NCBI GenBank assembly: GCA_048771875.1
Contig: CM109711.1
Coordinates: 4,239,768 to 4,303,767 of the forward strand
From: Ctenodactylus gundi
Lineage: Eukaryota
Reading direction: 5' to 3'
Length of the DNA: 64,000 nucleotides
The notes below the pieces were generated by a model. The model was not told the origin of the DNA. It was given only the letters and a program-made list of their open reading frames with translations, and did no database searches. The translations under genes were made by a program, and so were the position numbers. This document shows, one piece after another, positions 1-11,999 of this stretch; within the stretch, counting starts at the first letter, position 1; each line of letters starts with the position of its first letter.

Positions 1-1504
1 TTGCATACCACCAGCTTTGGTTCTTCATCACCTGTGGGATGGGGGATGGGGTGAGGGGTAAACTGCCTTCACCTTCCTTCTGGACGCTCAGTCACCGCAT
101 CCGAGGACGGATGCTGCAATTTCTCCCACTGGAGGAACAACTCTTGCACTTAAGAAATGACACTGAGGACTTCCTGTAGAGCAGGGTCCCCACCACCCCT
201 TCCCCCGACTCCTGACAGAGATCCGCTTCCTCTCTCTGTGTTCCTGTAATGTTCTGACAGGAGGCAGAGCTTCATCCCCTCCTGCTGCTGCTGCTCCCCC
301 TTCAAAGCTCTCCTCCAACGACCTGCTGTGTAAGGAGTGTCCCCCTAACCCTGACCTTGGCAGAATGGTTTTCAACTAACGCGGTCCTTGTGGCAAGGCT
401 GGGACCACTGCTGTAGCACACACCGGAGCAGTTTCCAGGCAGTGGAGGAGACTGGACTCCACCTAGGCGGGTTGGGAGCAACAGAGTGAATCTGGGGTGC
501 CTCTTGTTGATGGTCCCCGTTGTGTCATGCCTGGATACCTCAGGCTTCTCCATGCTGCCACGTGGACTTGCTAGCTTGATCACGGATTGGGATGTGGACC
601 TAACAAGGAAGAGGAGGGACGGAGGATTCGAGAGAGAGGAAAGAGCTAGAAGGAGCACATGAGACAGGACATTGAGACATCAGGGAAATCAGTAAGCTGA
701 GAGTGCAAGCAGAATACAAAACAAAATCAAGCTGTGTGTGTTGGTGTGCATCTGTAATCTCACTACTGGGAAGACAGAGGCAGGACTGCTGTGGGTTCAA
801 GGCCAGCCTGGGCTTCACAGTGAGTTCAGGACCAGCCTGGACTATCTAGGAAAAACCTGTCTCAAAAAAAAAAAAAAGTCAATTGGAATTAGGTAAAAGT
901 TCCATTACCTGTTCAATATCTATCTTGAACATGAGAGAAAAAGGAGAGGAGAGGAGAAATGAGATGAGAGCATCACTGGCTGTTGTCGTGCGTCACCCTG
1001 GGTTCTTGCAGCCAGCAGCTGCACCCTGCTGCTAGTTCACCGCGGAGAATGTCCTTGCTCTCTGAGATGAATCCTCAGCACCAGATGGCGAGCCTGCAGG
1101 GGCACGGGTGGAGCACTGCCTGCCCTGCACTGTACTGCCCTCATTAAGGCCTGATAACTGCTCATTCCAGCCGCTCCCCGGGCTCCATCCTCTCCCCAGG
1201 GAGGCCCCTGCTAAGAAGGAACAGAGAGCTTTCCCCTGAGGGGGCCAACACTAGGAGTCTGGGCCAGTTTTAAGGTTGAAAGGAATTAGTCCTGGCAGAG
1301 GAGCCTTAAAGAGCAGAGTCTGTGACTTCCCTCTGGGTTTTAGCCTGAAGGCACGAACAAGTGTCCCAAGTGGATTACAACCACGACGCCCAAAGTTGCA
1401 AGTGAGAGGAATCATGCGTGTTTACCATTGTCTCTTTAAAGGCCTGAGTCTACACACAGAAGCTGCTGTTCTAACCATTTGAGAGAATAATCTTCCTTTC
1501 CTTA

Positions 1505-1800
1505 AAACTTCAGCTGGAGAGTATCTCAGTGGTTACAGCACTTGACTTGCCTAGGAAGTATAAAGTTGTGGGTCCAGTTCCCCAATGCCACATAATAGCT
1601 GGGTACCTGTGACCCCAGCACTTGAGAGGGTGAGGCACGCGGACTGCCTTGAGATCAAGACCAGCTTGGACTACAGAGAGCCCAGTGGCCCAGGTGTGTA
1701 AACCAGTCCCTGAGAGGCTGAGGCAAGAGAATCACAAGATTGAGCCTCGCCTGGACAACTTAGTGATGCAGTGAGATCCTGTGTCTAAGTCAAAAAAGAA
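1505..1800 (+). mobile_element. Dimeric ID/B1-type SINE
   Basis: tRNA-like head ggctggagagtatctcagtggttacagcacttg, followed by a B1-like ccagcacttgagag..gctgaggcaagagaatcacaag and an A-rich tail. Paralogous copy at 28025-28320. Confidence 0.6.
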
Positions 1801-3194
1801 AGTGGGTCAGAGATAAGGCTGTGTGTCAGGACCGGGGGTTGGACCCACAGTCTCGACTTCCCTCACATATTCCTTTTGAAGCCCCTTGCCCACCAGCCCT
1901 AATTAACTGTTCCGTGTTCCTCAATCGGTTCACTGGAGGGATTGTTCCTGGCAGCGCCCAGGGCATTGCAGTCTGGCCAGCGGAGGCATAATGTCAGGCT
2001 TTGCACAACGCCTGACCATCCCTTGCTGTGAGATGAACAGCAGGACACGGTGACCTGGTGGAGTGATTCCAGGATGGCCTAACCCAGAACTCTCCTCGCG
2101 CTGAGGTCACGTGTGAGACTCTGCGCTCTCCCTGTGGCACGGTGCCTTCTAGGCCTGGCCCACCGCTCCCGTGCCGTGTACCAATAAACCACCAACTCTT
2201 TCCTTGGCTGGTGATACATTCTTTCACCAGCCCACCATTCCTCTACAGGCCATGCCAGTCATAGCAGTTCTCAAATTTAGGATGATCCCCAGAAGTGGAC
2301 CTGTGTCTCTCATGTTCTAGCTTCCCACTTCACTAATGGACTGTTTCTGGGAAGGGATATCTGAGGTTCACGTCCCCCTGCAGCCCCAAGTCTCCCTTCT
2401 CCGAGAGGAAAGGTTTGAAGGACCTGGCAGACAGAATGGATAGAAGTTGCTATGACCATGCACCTCTGTAATCCCAGCACTTCGGTGGCTAAGGCAAGAA
2501 GACTGCCATGAGTTAGAGGCCATCCTCGGCTATGCAGAGAGCTCAAGTCTAGCCTGGCCTACTGTCTAACTCTGTCTCAAGAAAACAGAAAAAGAAGAAA
2601 AGAGAAGAAGTAAAAGGGGAATTGCATGGGGTGGAAGCAAGCACAGTGAGATACTGATTGTGGTAGACTGAATTTTCACCACATAATCAAACTTCACTCC
2701 ATGTTTGGAATTTTCATAATATCAGACAAGGGAAAGATAAAAAAAATTGGCAAGGAAATAGGCACTTGGTACGGGGTCCTGGCAGTGTGAGCCCTTGACA
2801 GAATCTATTTTAGAAGCCGGAAGAGGGCCATGTTTATCTAGGCAGGTGGCACATTTCAGGTGAGAGCCCCTACAGGCCTTGTAGCTGAGGGGGAGCCCGC
2901 TGCAGCCCCATAGACTGTACCCTAGATCTTACTAGCTACGTTTGTCCCTCGAAAGTTCTGGCCCTATTGTTGGCACCAAGTTTATTCTGCCCCTCTGTGA
3001 TTTGATAGTCAGCCCACAGTGGTTCCCACCTTGCCAGCTGTAATCCTTGAGGGAGGGGCAAGATAAGATGTTCCAGACCCTGCCCCACACCTGACCCTAA
3101 GAGGCTGATCATATTTGCTCAGGAGGAGAGGTTCACACGGTGAGTGTGGGAGGTAGGGGGTGGGGGGTTTGGGGGGCAGGGGAGGAAGGGTTTT

Positions 3195-3252
3195 GACCTG
3201 GTATAAATATCTGGGAGTACCTGGGGGGTATTTTTGCATCTGGAAGTGACAG
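3195..3252 (+). promoter_or_regulatory. ZG16: Putative ZG16 copy A core promoter with TATA box and a short non-coding first exon
   Basis: TATAAATA at 3202-3209, with a G-rich tract upstream. GT donor (caggtaagg) at 3253, about 50 nt downstream. The ATG exon at 4157 has a polypyrimidine tract and AG acceptor, which implies an upstream 5' exon. The same arrangement is seen at 29751-29803 in copy B. Confidence 0.45.
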
Positions 3253-4163
3253 GTAAGGCATGATGAAGGATGTCCAGATTAGAGTTAGGGGGCACTGCGT
3301 GTGAGGTGGAAAATATTCCTAGGTTAAGTGGCAGGAGAGCTTCAGGGCCAGGGAGGTGGGGCCCTTGGAGCAGAGCATTTGGGTGCAAGCCTGTGGTTTC
3401 AGCTGAAGGAAAGAGGGCATGAGGGCCTCACAGGAATTAAATGGCTAGTTGAATGTGAGACAGTTATGGCAAACAGACCACGCACTTGGGATCCAGTGTG
3501 TCCAGTGTCGGATTGTCCCAACTCCTTCTGCAACTTTTCAGGCTAGCCAAGCTTACGAGGTGCTGGGGAATAGAACTCAGGGCTGAGTGCTTGCTAGGCA
3601 AGCACTCTAACCATCGTGCCATTCATCCTCTATCTCAGTTAGGCCTGAACTGCTGTGACACTGACGTCAGCACAGCCTCTTCTGTCAGTACCTTCCTTCC
3701 TAAGGCGACACAGAGGCACCGCTACAATGCTCCCTTCTTTCTGATTTGAGACCAGGCGGAAGCTGGGAATTCAGTGGTGCCCTGGGTGCCCACTAGTGAG
3801 ACTAGTCTACTGGCTGCCTTCGTTAGGCGTTCCTCAGGTCCCCTTGCCAGGGTGGAATGGGGTTTGACTCAGCCTCATCTGGACACAGTTGGGATCGGCC
3901 ATCTGGTTTGGGAGGGAAGAGGAGGGTTGTTAACTGCAGCCATACCAGGGACAGCCATAGGGAGTGGGGCCATCAAAGACGGTATCCCGAAGGGACAGAT
4001 CCCAGATAGAGTCTTCTCTGGGCTCAGGACTGGGTGGGCTTGGTGTGAGGTGAAGAACAGAAAGAGCCCAAGTCTAGACTGGGGGACCGGATGGCAGATA
4101 CGTGACCTCCAGAGGGAGGAGGACGAGCTGTCGTTTCTCCTTTGTTCCCACTGCAGCCCCAGC

Positions 4164-4218
4164 ATGCTGACCATCGCCCTCCTCGGCCTTCTCTGCGCCT
4201 CGGCCTCTGCCAGTGCCA
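4164..4218 (+). CDS. ZG16: ZG16 copy A coding exon 1: signal peptide MLTIALLGLLCASASASA, phase-1 GT donor at 4219
   Basis: ATG at 4164 follows the acceptor ttcccactgcag|cc. The translation matches the N-terminus of human and mouse ZG16 (MLTVALLALLCASASG...). Donor is gtaagt. Confidence 0.85.
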
Positions 4219-4373
4219 GTAAGTGAGAAGTCCTGAGCCCGGCGGGGGTCGTGGGAGGGCAGTCCCTGTGCTGCTGTGGCCCAAGCTGTCAGACAGTCTT
4301 CGGATAGAGGGAACTGAGGTGCGGATGGTGGGGGTTTTGGTGGGGCCCTCACAGGGTTTCTCCTTCCCTCCAG

Positions 4374-4506
4374 TTGAGGCCAGGACCTCCTCCTACAACG
4401 GAGAGTATGGAGGTGGTGGAGGATCGAGGTTCTCCCATTCTGGGAACCAGCTGGAAGGCCCCATCACTGCCATCCGTGTGCGAGTCAACAGTTACTACAT
4501 CGTAGG
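4374..4506 (+). CDS. ZG16: ZG16 copy A coding exon 2 (..IEARTSSYNGEYGGGGGSRFSHSGNQLEGPITAIRVRVNSYYIVG)
   Basis: Acceptor ccctccag|tt. Reading frame is continuous with exon 1. Matches human ZG16 residues about 19-62 (SRFSHSGNQL.GPITA.RVRVN.YYIVG). Donor gtaaga at 4507. Confidence 0.88.
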
Positions 4507-4586
4507 GTAAGAGTCCTTTGAGTTTCTGTGGTCTGGGGACACCTGCTGTGGATAGCCCTGATTCACTTTTGACCACATCTGTTTTT

Positions 4587-4758
4587 TTCCCCTATTTTAT
4601 TGATATGTACAAGTGCAGAATTTAAGGTTTACAATGGAGTTGAGCATTTTGTGCACATATGTATCTTGTCAAGGTGACAAGGACTTTCCCGCTCTCCTTT
4701 TGTCCCTCCCTTACCCTCCCTTCCCTCCCTCCATCCCCACTGTCCCCCTCTTTCGCTT
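4587..4758 (-). mobile_element. L1 3'-UTR fragment inserted in ZG16-A intron 2, specific to copy A
   Basis: Flanked by the target-site duplication tgaccacatctgttt at 4572-4586 and 4759-4773. Absent from the orthologous site in copy B (31095-31120). The same L1 3'-end family is seen at 21120-21360, 21940-22110 and 47870-48130. Confidence 0.75.
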
Positions 4759-6310
4759 TGACCACATCTGTTTCAATCAACAAGTCACAGGTGTAATGTG
4801 ACATGGAGAGAAGTTGTTAAAAGGCCAGTATTCAAATTTGTGCTGTTACTGTTCTCGAAAATCCCCAAGGAAACAGCCCCTCTGATTGGGCCTGAAAATG
4901 TTAACCTCAGGGAAATCAGCCTGGGAAGCAGTCCTGTGCAGCACCCATGCCCCCCTTTAACTAAGTCTGTAATAGTTGAACTGTGAAGCTGTGTAGCTAT
5001 TTGTGCAGCTCAAGGTCAAGAATACAGCCTATTGCCAGGACAGGCAAGGAGAGAGGGCCAAAGACAGTGTGTACTGAAGTTTGCTTTGTGTGAAGAGAAA
5101 CTGTTTCAGCAAACTTGTTCTGCAGGCATTTCTATTTGTTACTGTGTTCTATGCTCGTTGGCTAGCAAGTCGACACCCTGTGCAAAGTGTATAGAAGTAT
5201 CCTGCCCCTGAGCTAGAGAGACCCAAGCCTTTTTGGAATTATTCATGCGAAGGTACCCTAGCAAGGTTAATAAATCTTCCTCTCACTTCTGACCTCCAGG
5301 CTCTGAGTCTTGTTACTGCTGGGTTTATCAAATTTCTGTAACATTCCTGGAGGATGGTGTAGTCTTTGCGGGAGCAGTTTTCCAGTTCTGTGACTAAAGC
5401 TTTCCTGAATACAGTAGGGAAGTTTTTGAGGCCCGAGGGGAAGCTGGTCCAGGTTAGCTGTCCTTTTTGTCACTGTGTCTTTTTACTCAAATGCAATCAG
5501 ATGCTGGCTGACCTCTGCCAGACCCAATCAGGAGAAAGCACCTTTCAGATCTAGGCAGGTGAGCATGCAGGAGGGTGCACAGGTTAAGAACAACTGGATG
5601 CATGGCTTCCACTGTCTTTGACCATACGCAGGTCTTGCGCAGGTCCACAGTCATTAGTACGCGGTGCCTTGACTAGGTGCGGTTGGTGCACTAGCTGTGT
5701 TTCAGGCTAGTCCGTCCCCTCATTTTCTCTGGCCTCTGAGGACACAGGATGCTGTCTGTGGTCCACTGGGTTAGTTGTCCCCTTTTGCCAGTCTTACCCT
5801 TCTATCGTGGTCCCAGATTTTAGGGAATCTCTGGAGCACTTGCACTAGGAACAGCTGAGGCACCAGCCATGTGTCAGCCGCAAGGAGGGGTCCATCCTAT
5901 TTCCTGTGGATGGAGCGTCTTTAAAGTTAATACAAGCAGGGCATTTGGGCCAGGGCCCCAAGTGTCTCGTCACTGTGGTGCCCAATTTAGATAACAAGTT
6001 TCTCCCTAAGAGCGAGCCTGGTGCCTCTGGAATTCAGAGGAACCAGTGCCAGACCTGCTATCTTTCTTAGCAGGTGTCATGGCCCCAAAGTGAGGTGGAG
6101 GCTGTCAGTAGTCATGGGGACTGGTCCCACTAGCAGGGGCTGTGAGGGACCTTTTGAGGCCAGGCACCAGCAGTTACTCAAAGGACCACAGAGAAACTCT
6201 CCAGGAGACTAAAGTGGAGAACACGAACCAGTATGCGCTGTCCTCGCATTTCCTTGGGTCTCCTGTGATAGGCTGCGCATTTGCAGCTTGAGGCAAAGGC
6301 AGTTCCAGCC

Positions 6311-7199
6311 TCACAGCTGGCTCCTGGCTGGGCAGCACCAGTTGGGACAGGAGCAAGAGACAGGGAACCATCCCACAGTGGGCACAGTGCCAGTGCCTGC
6401 TGGGCTGTGTGAGCTAGGGCAGGAATGTGAGGTGGGGAGACAGAAGCCATCTGCTCTTTGTTTTTGGACAGTGGGGCCTCTCACTCTGATCTCCAATTCC
6501 AACAAAAACTCGAAGAAAGTGATCTTTTGGGGGAGAGGAGAAGAGTGTGGGAGTATCTCACAGAGGACAGAAAGAAATGGGGGCCATGTCTGGGTGGGTG
6601 GATAATTGACCTGAAGCTGGGCACCTTCCCCACCTCTCGGGTGCAGGCTTTGTGGTTTGAGATGACAGGGAAGGGTATGGACGTGCTCTAAGTTGAACCT
6701 CTGGCTCTGGATCTGGGGAGGTGGCTGAGCAGGGCGCAGGGCCTTGCTCATCTGGTGGGGCATGAGGAATTGCTGCCACTGGCTGCATCGACCTTGGGAT
6801 GGCCAGCAGGGCACACAACAGGGGCTCATCTTCTGGCTCCTGGGCCAGGAAGGTGGGAGGTGGCTTTTGAGGCTTTTGGTGTGTTGTGAGCACTGCCATG
6901 GACCCTAAGGACGCAGGAAACCGCAGCTGGTCAGGTCGGCAAGCAGCCAAAGCATACCAAGAGCCAATGTAAGGAAAGTGAACTGGGTCTCCCTTGCAGC
7001 TCTCCCTTATACGAGCAACCATGGCCAAGTCCAACATTCCTTCAGGTGGCCATTCTGCTTCCAGTGTGGGCCACTCTCCTTCACAAAGGACCTGGTGGCT
7101 CTCTGGCTTCATCCGCACACCATAGTTTGCAGAGTAACCAGCTTTGAAGTGGCTCAGCACAGCCTGTAGTATGTCAGCTTCCCTCTCTCCTACAGCCAA
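6311..7199 (-). mobile_element. Endogenous gammaretrovirus-like gag fragment (MA/p15-like domain), antisense in ZG16-A intron 2, with a frameshift
   Basis: The minus-strand ORF 7199..6558 reads ..CEGEWPTLEAEWPPEGML...DPVHFPYIGSWYALAA...KPQKPPPTFL. From memory, this matches the MLV Gag MA motifs [32 protein letters not shown] and PKPPPPLPP. A second ORF (6829..6311) continues in another frame. The two are joined into a single ORF in copy B. Confidence 0.6.
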
Positions 7200-8689
7200 A
7201 GGAACCCATTTTATGTATGCCTACCATGTGGCCAGTGTCACAAGAAGAGGACAGGTGACCCCTGATGGAGACCACCCGGGCACCTGTCTGGCTGTGCCCC
7301 GCAGGAGCTTAGGTGTGGCTTCTGCATAGGGGGTTTCCTGGAGATGTTCAGCTCGACAGTGACTAATGACCAGACACTAGTCCATTCCCAGCCTAGGCCA
7401 TGTGCCAATCACCATGAAGTTGCAGAACCAGGCCCAATAAGTGCTCATAGCCTGAAGGGGACCTTAAGGATGTGAAGTTGTGAGACCACAACATCAACCA
7501 GACTCACTTAGCAGAACAGTTGCTCATTCACTCACCAGTCCCACAAGAGGTTATCACAAAAATCTCTATTTAAATTCCTCTAAATTAATGCTGCTGTTTA
7601 ACCCAATCTGGTAACCTATAACCTATAACCTGTTAGCTAGACCTGCAATTTCCTGATGACTGGAATCCTCCAGTCCCTCGTGTCCCAAGTTTCCGGTCAT
7701 CGTCTGCCATGGAAGGAGGGGAGTGGATACTTACAATCTCTTTCGAGGGCACTCTAATTGTTTTCTGTGGGGATCAATCTGCAAGGGCTCCTCACTACCC
7801 ACCCCAGGGACAACCTACCTAGTGTGGACATCCACTGTAAGTCTCTGTCTCACTCTGCCAGCCTGTAGTGTCGGTCATTAGCTGTGCAACTGTTTTCATG
7901 TGTCAAGAAAGGGACCCCAGAATTCCATCAGAGGTGCACATTTCCTGGTTCCAGGGACTGCAGTACGCTACAGGGTCAGGAATAGTAACCCTGACCCAAA
8001 TGGGTCCAGCCAGTCTTATTACTGGTGTATCACTGGGGCTTCCAGGAATGTTACAGACATCCAATACCACCAGGAAATATCAAATGAACAGAGGTTAGAT
8101 GAAGATTTATTACGCTAGTATGCCTTTTTCTAGATCATTCCAAAAATGGAGGGCCAGAACTCCAGGGCAGGCTACTTTCACACACTTTGTGGGATCAAGG
8201 GGGAGCCTTGCTGTCCAGCAAGCTGGGGACACGGAGATATCAGCCTGGCAAGTTTGCACAAACAGTTTCGTCTTTACACAAAGCCAGCTGCAGACAGCAC
8301 CCTTCGTCCTTGGCCCTGCAGCACACTCTCTCACTGCCGGCCTAGGGGGCAGGCTCTGTGCTTGTGCTGGAGCTACACTGCCAGGCACACCGCTTGACAC
8401 TTTAACTGTTACAGACTCAGCAGAGGGGCGGAGGGTGAGTGCTTTCTCTTAGGTTGTTTCAGGCCCAGTCAAGAGGGGCTGCTTTCCTGGGAATCTACCA
8501 CGATGTTACAATTCCTGTGCTCCAACACGTGTGACTTGGCAAGTCACGTAGCAAGGAACTTTTAGGGACCGGAAATCTGTGTGTGTCAGCCTCCACCCAA
8601 AGTTTAAAACTCCTTTGTAATATTCCTGTCAGATACCTTTCATGTCTGGTTCCTGTCTCTCTCTCTCTGTCTTCCTTTTGGAGACCAGG

Positions 8690-8865
8690 TATTGCTCTGT
8701 AGCCCAGGCTGGCTTCAAACTCACAACAGTTCTCTGCCTTACCTCCTAAGTGCTGGTATTACTGGCATGCAACTCCACGCCCAGCTTACGTGGTGCTTGG
8801 GAATTGAACCAGGACCTCATGCTTTTTATGCAAGTGCCTTAACCACTGTGCGCCAGCTCTTAGTG
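8690..8865 (-). mobile_element. tRNA-derived SINE (ID/B1-like), antisense
   Basis: RC of the SINE head: ..ttaaccactgtgcgccagctc. Paralogous copy at 35460-35640. Confidence 0.55.
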
Positions 8866-9527
8866 TCGCTATGTATCCTTGCTCATTTCATATAGTTAAA
8901 AATTCTACAATATGAAGAGGCAAAGTGTTTCCTCTGATACGCATTTTGTATCCTGAGACATCACTGCCAAGTCTCTTCTCTTTCCCACATGAGAAACTTG
9001 CAGGTAGTTTGAAAATAGTTTAGCATCAGGCTTGGTAGCACAGGCCTGTAATTCCAGCCCTCTGAGAGGGTTCCAAGTTTAAGACCAGCCTGGACATTTT
9101 AGTAGCTTAGTAAGGCCCTATCTCAAAATAAAAACTAAAAATGGGCAAGGGGCATAGCTTAGTATGAATGTCCTGGACTCAATCCCACTAATTAGTTAAC
9201 TTAAGAAACCAAAACAAAGGAAAAAAACACCCTTCTTGGTTCTTTGAAGTGAGGAATAGGAGCACAGAAGATCTTGGACTCCAAATTCAAGCTCTGACCT
9301 TGGCTTTCCAGGGGACTCTGAGCAATTCCTTTTCCTTTCCTTCTAGGAGGCTATTTGTGGGCAATATGAGGAGTTGATGTTCCCTGGGGGATCGTCTAGG
9401 GCTCACCCAGCTTTCGTATTCCGTGGGACCAGCAGGGGACCTGTCATCTCTGTCCCCATTTTGAGGCCTGGAGGTTCTGGATTCTAACCCTATTGTGTCT
9501 CCCTCCTCCCTCTTCAACCACCCCCAG

Positions 9528-9843
9528 GCTCCAGGTGCGCTATGGAAAGGAGTGGAGTGACTATGTGGGTGGCAAACAGGGTGACCTGGAGGAGATCTAC
9601 CTGCACCCTGGGGAGTCAGTGATCCAGGTGTCCGGCAAGTACAAGAGCTATGTGAAGCAGCTGGTCTTTGTTACGGACAAGGGCCGCTACCTGCCTTTTG
9701 GGAAAGACACCGGCACCAGCTTCAATGCTGCTCCATTGCATCCCGACACTGTCCTCCGATTCATCAGTGGCCGATCTAGTTCCGCCATCAATGCCATTGG
9801 CTTTCACTGGGATAATTACCCCAGTGAGTACAGCAGCTGCTGA
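9528..9843 (+). CDS. ZG16: ZG16 copy A coding exon 3: jacalin-type lectin domain (LQVRYGKEWSDYVGG...HWDNYPSEYSSC*), stop TGA 9841-9843
   Basis: Acceptor cccccag|g. Long near-match to human ZG16 (LQVRYG..WSDYVGG..GDLEEI.LHPGESVIQVSGKYK...VFVTDKGRYL.FGK..GTSFNA.PLHP.TVLRFISGRS). Total CDS is 504 nt, giving 167 aa, the same length as human ZG16. Confidence 0.9.
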
Positions 9844-9921
9844 GACCTGCCTCCTCTATGGCAGGGAGAACATGATTAGCATAAAAACTCCACCATTAGC
9901 TCCTCCCACACAGATGGCTTA

Positions 9922-9927
9922 ATAAAA
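9922..9927 (+). terminator. ZG16: ZG16 copy A polyadenylation signal AATAAA
   Basis: AATAAA lies about 80 nt after the stop codon. Confidence 0.5.
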
Positions 9928-11999
9928 GGGCTTGGCTAAAGCTGGTGTGTATATGGTGTCTTCAGCTGGGATGTGCCTTGTTCTGGCAGGAATGTGCAAA
10001 CCTCATTTCTGGCTCTCTGTTGGCGTAAATCTGAGAGAAGTGGGGGGATAAGGAAGAGAAGTGTTGAGACTCCTGGGCCTCTCCTTATAGTTTATCAAAA
10101 GTATGGCCAAGCATCGTCATGCATGCCTGAATTTGAAGTAATCATGTGTTAATTTGACATTCCCTGACAGATGCAAAAGTTGCTTCTTCTCTTCTAGTCA
10201 CATGATTTTACTGGTGCTGCGAGAACAGGGTTTTCCACACGGGGCCCACGGGGTGTGACAGAGGGGCACCTAACTACATCTGGGAGTGTCAGGGAAGGCT
10301 GTGAGGGGAGCGGTGTGTATGTGTGGATGCAGGTAACAAGCACAAGGCCCCGCTTAAGCAGACACAGGGGTAGACCACCACAGAGCACACGCTTAGTTTA
10401 GCATGTTATAAAGCCCTGCATCTGATCCTTATTAAAAAGGAAAACAAGGAAGAGTGATTAAATACACCTAAAATGCAAAGTACAAAGAGGCCAGGAATGA
10501 AGTCCACCAGGTGTGATGGTACATGGCTCGAACCACAGCAACTCAGGAGGCGGAGGCGGGAGGATTTCAAGTTTTGAAACCAGCCTGGGCAATTTAATGG
10601 ATCCTGTCTCAAAACAAATATTAAGGACTGGAGGAGTGGCTCGGTGGTCAAAGCATTTACTGAGAGGCACAAATTCTTGTGGTCAATTCCCTAAGACTAT
10701 ATAAGCCACATGTGGTGGCACAGGTCTGTGATCCCAGCCAGGAGGCTTGCCTGCACTCAAAGGCTAGATTATCCCACATACTTCAAGACCTTCCTGGGAT
10801 ACAGAGCAAGATCCTGTCAAAAAATAAATAAATAATAAAATAAAATAAACAAAGTTTACAGCAGATTGTAGCCCATGGTAGAGAATTTAGTTAACACGTG
10901 CAGGCCTTTACTTCATTCTCCTTATCCCCAAAACATGCACAAGACTGCAGCCCCCTGAAAAGGCTGAGGTAATGAATGTCATGCTAAACAACTTAAACTT
11001 ACTTTATGGGCTATGGGAAGAACCAAATCAAATTTTACCCTGAAGACTGATGAGACAATATGGAAGCATCATTTTCCTGTTGCTGAGTGGGGAAAGTAGA
11101 TAAGTTCCAACAGGAAGAAGCAAGGAAGTAGCTGGGATATTTGAAGTGTAGACTAGAAATGCTGACTATCTGCACCCAGAAGTGCCAGGGAGTGAGAAGA
11201 GGGACAGTATGGGGCAGTAGCAGAGGACAGATGGTGAGGAACCTGAGGGTGAGTGAAGGAGTGATGGCTAGGAGCACTAACTTGTCTGTAGCTTGGGCAA
11301 CTAGAAACAGAAGGGTATCATGTTCAGAGGTGGGGAATCAGAAGCAAAAATTAGTTCGTAGACTTGCTGAGTGTTGATGTATCTGTGAACATCTTAGTTG
11401 AAGTTGAAATCCTACCAGTGGTGTATCTGAGAATACAGCTTTTATAAAAATGTATCTTTTTTGACAAATACTAATTGTATATATTACGGAGTAGAATGTA
11501 ATGACTGGTATATGTTTACAATGTGGAATACTTAAATAACCCAGCACCTCACATAATTACTTGTGACAAAGACAGTTAACATCCATTCATCTAACAATTC
11601 TTTTCTTTTTGAAAGTCACATTGTGTAGCCCACATTGTTTCTGAAGTCACGAAGTAGCCCATGCTAACCTCAAATTCATGCCAACCCTCCTGCATCAGCC
11701 TCTGGAGTGTCTTTTGGCATTCTGGAAGTACACGATGCATTACTAATGACAGTCACCATTCTGTCAGTAGTTCATGAAGGCTTAGTCCTCCTGTCCAACT
11801 GAACCTGCATATTGTGATCAACATCTTCCTTCGCCTGCCTCAGGTAACCACCATTTCTCTGAATTCCACCTTTTTAGAATCTACATATAAGTGAGATCAT
11901 GCACTATTTGTCTTTCTGTGCCTGGCTTATTTCATTTAAGGAAATATGTTCCCGGTGCATCCATGTTGTTGCAAGTGACAGGCTGTGGAATAAAGCTCT

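Larger units (their letters stand above)
13..10095 (+). repeat. Segmental duplication block I, copy A (ZG16 locus); paralogous to 26473-36866
   Basis: Collinear homology runs from the 5' flank through ZG16 exon 3 and the 3' UTR. Offset is about 26.46-26.79 kb, varying with indels. Identity is mosaic, from about 75% up to 99.5%. Confidence 0.85.

Noticed and set aside
9141-9197. tRNA-like sequence (gggcaaggggcatagcttagtatgaatgtcctggactcaatccc)
   Set aside because: It is a degenerate head of an ID-type SINE, with a paralogous copy at 35950-36000. It lacks an intact acceptor stem and CCA context.
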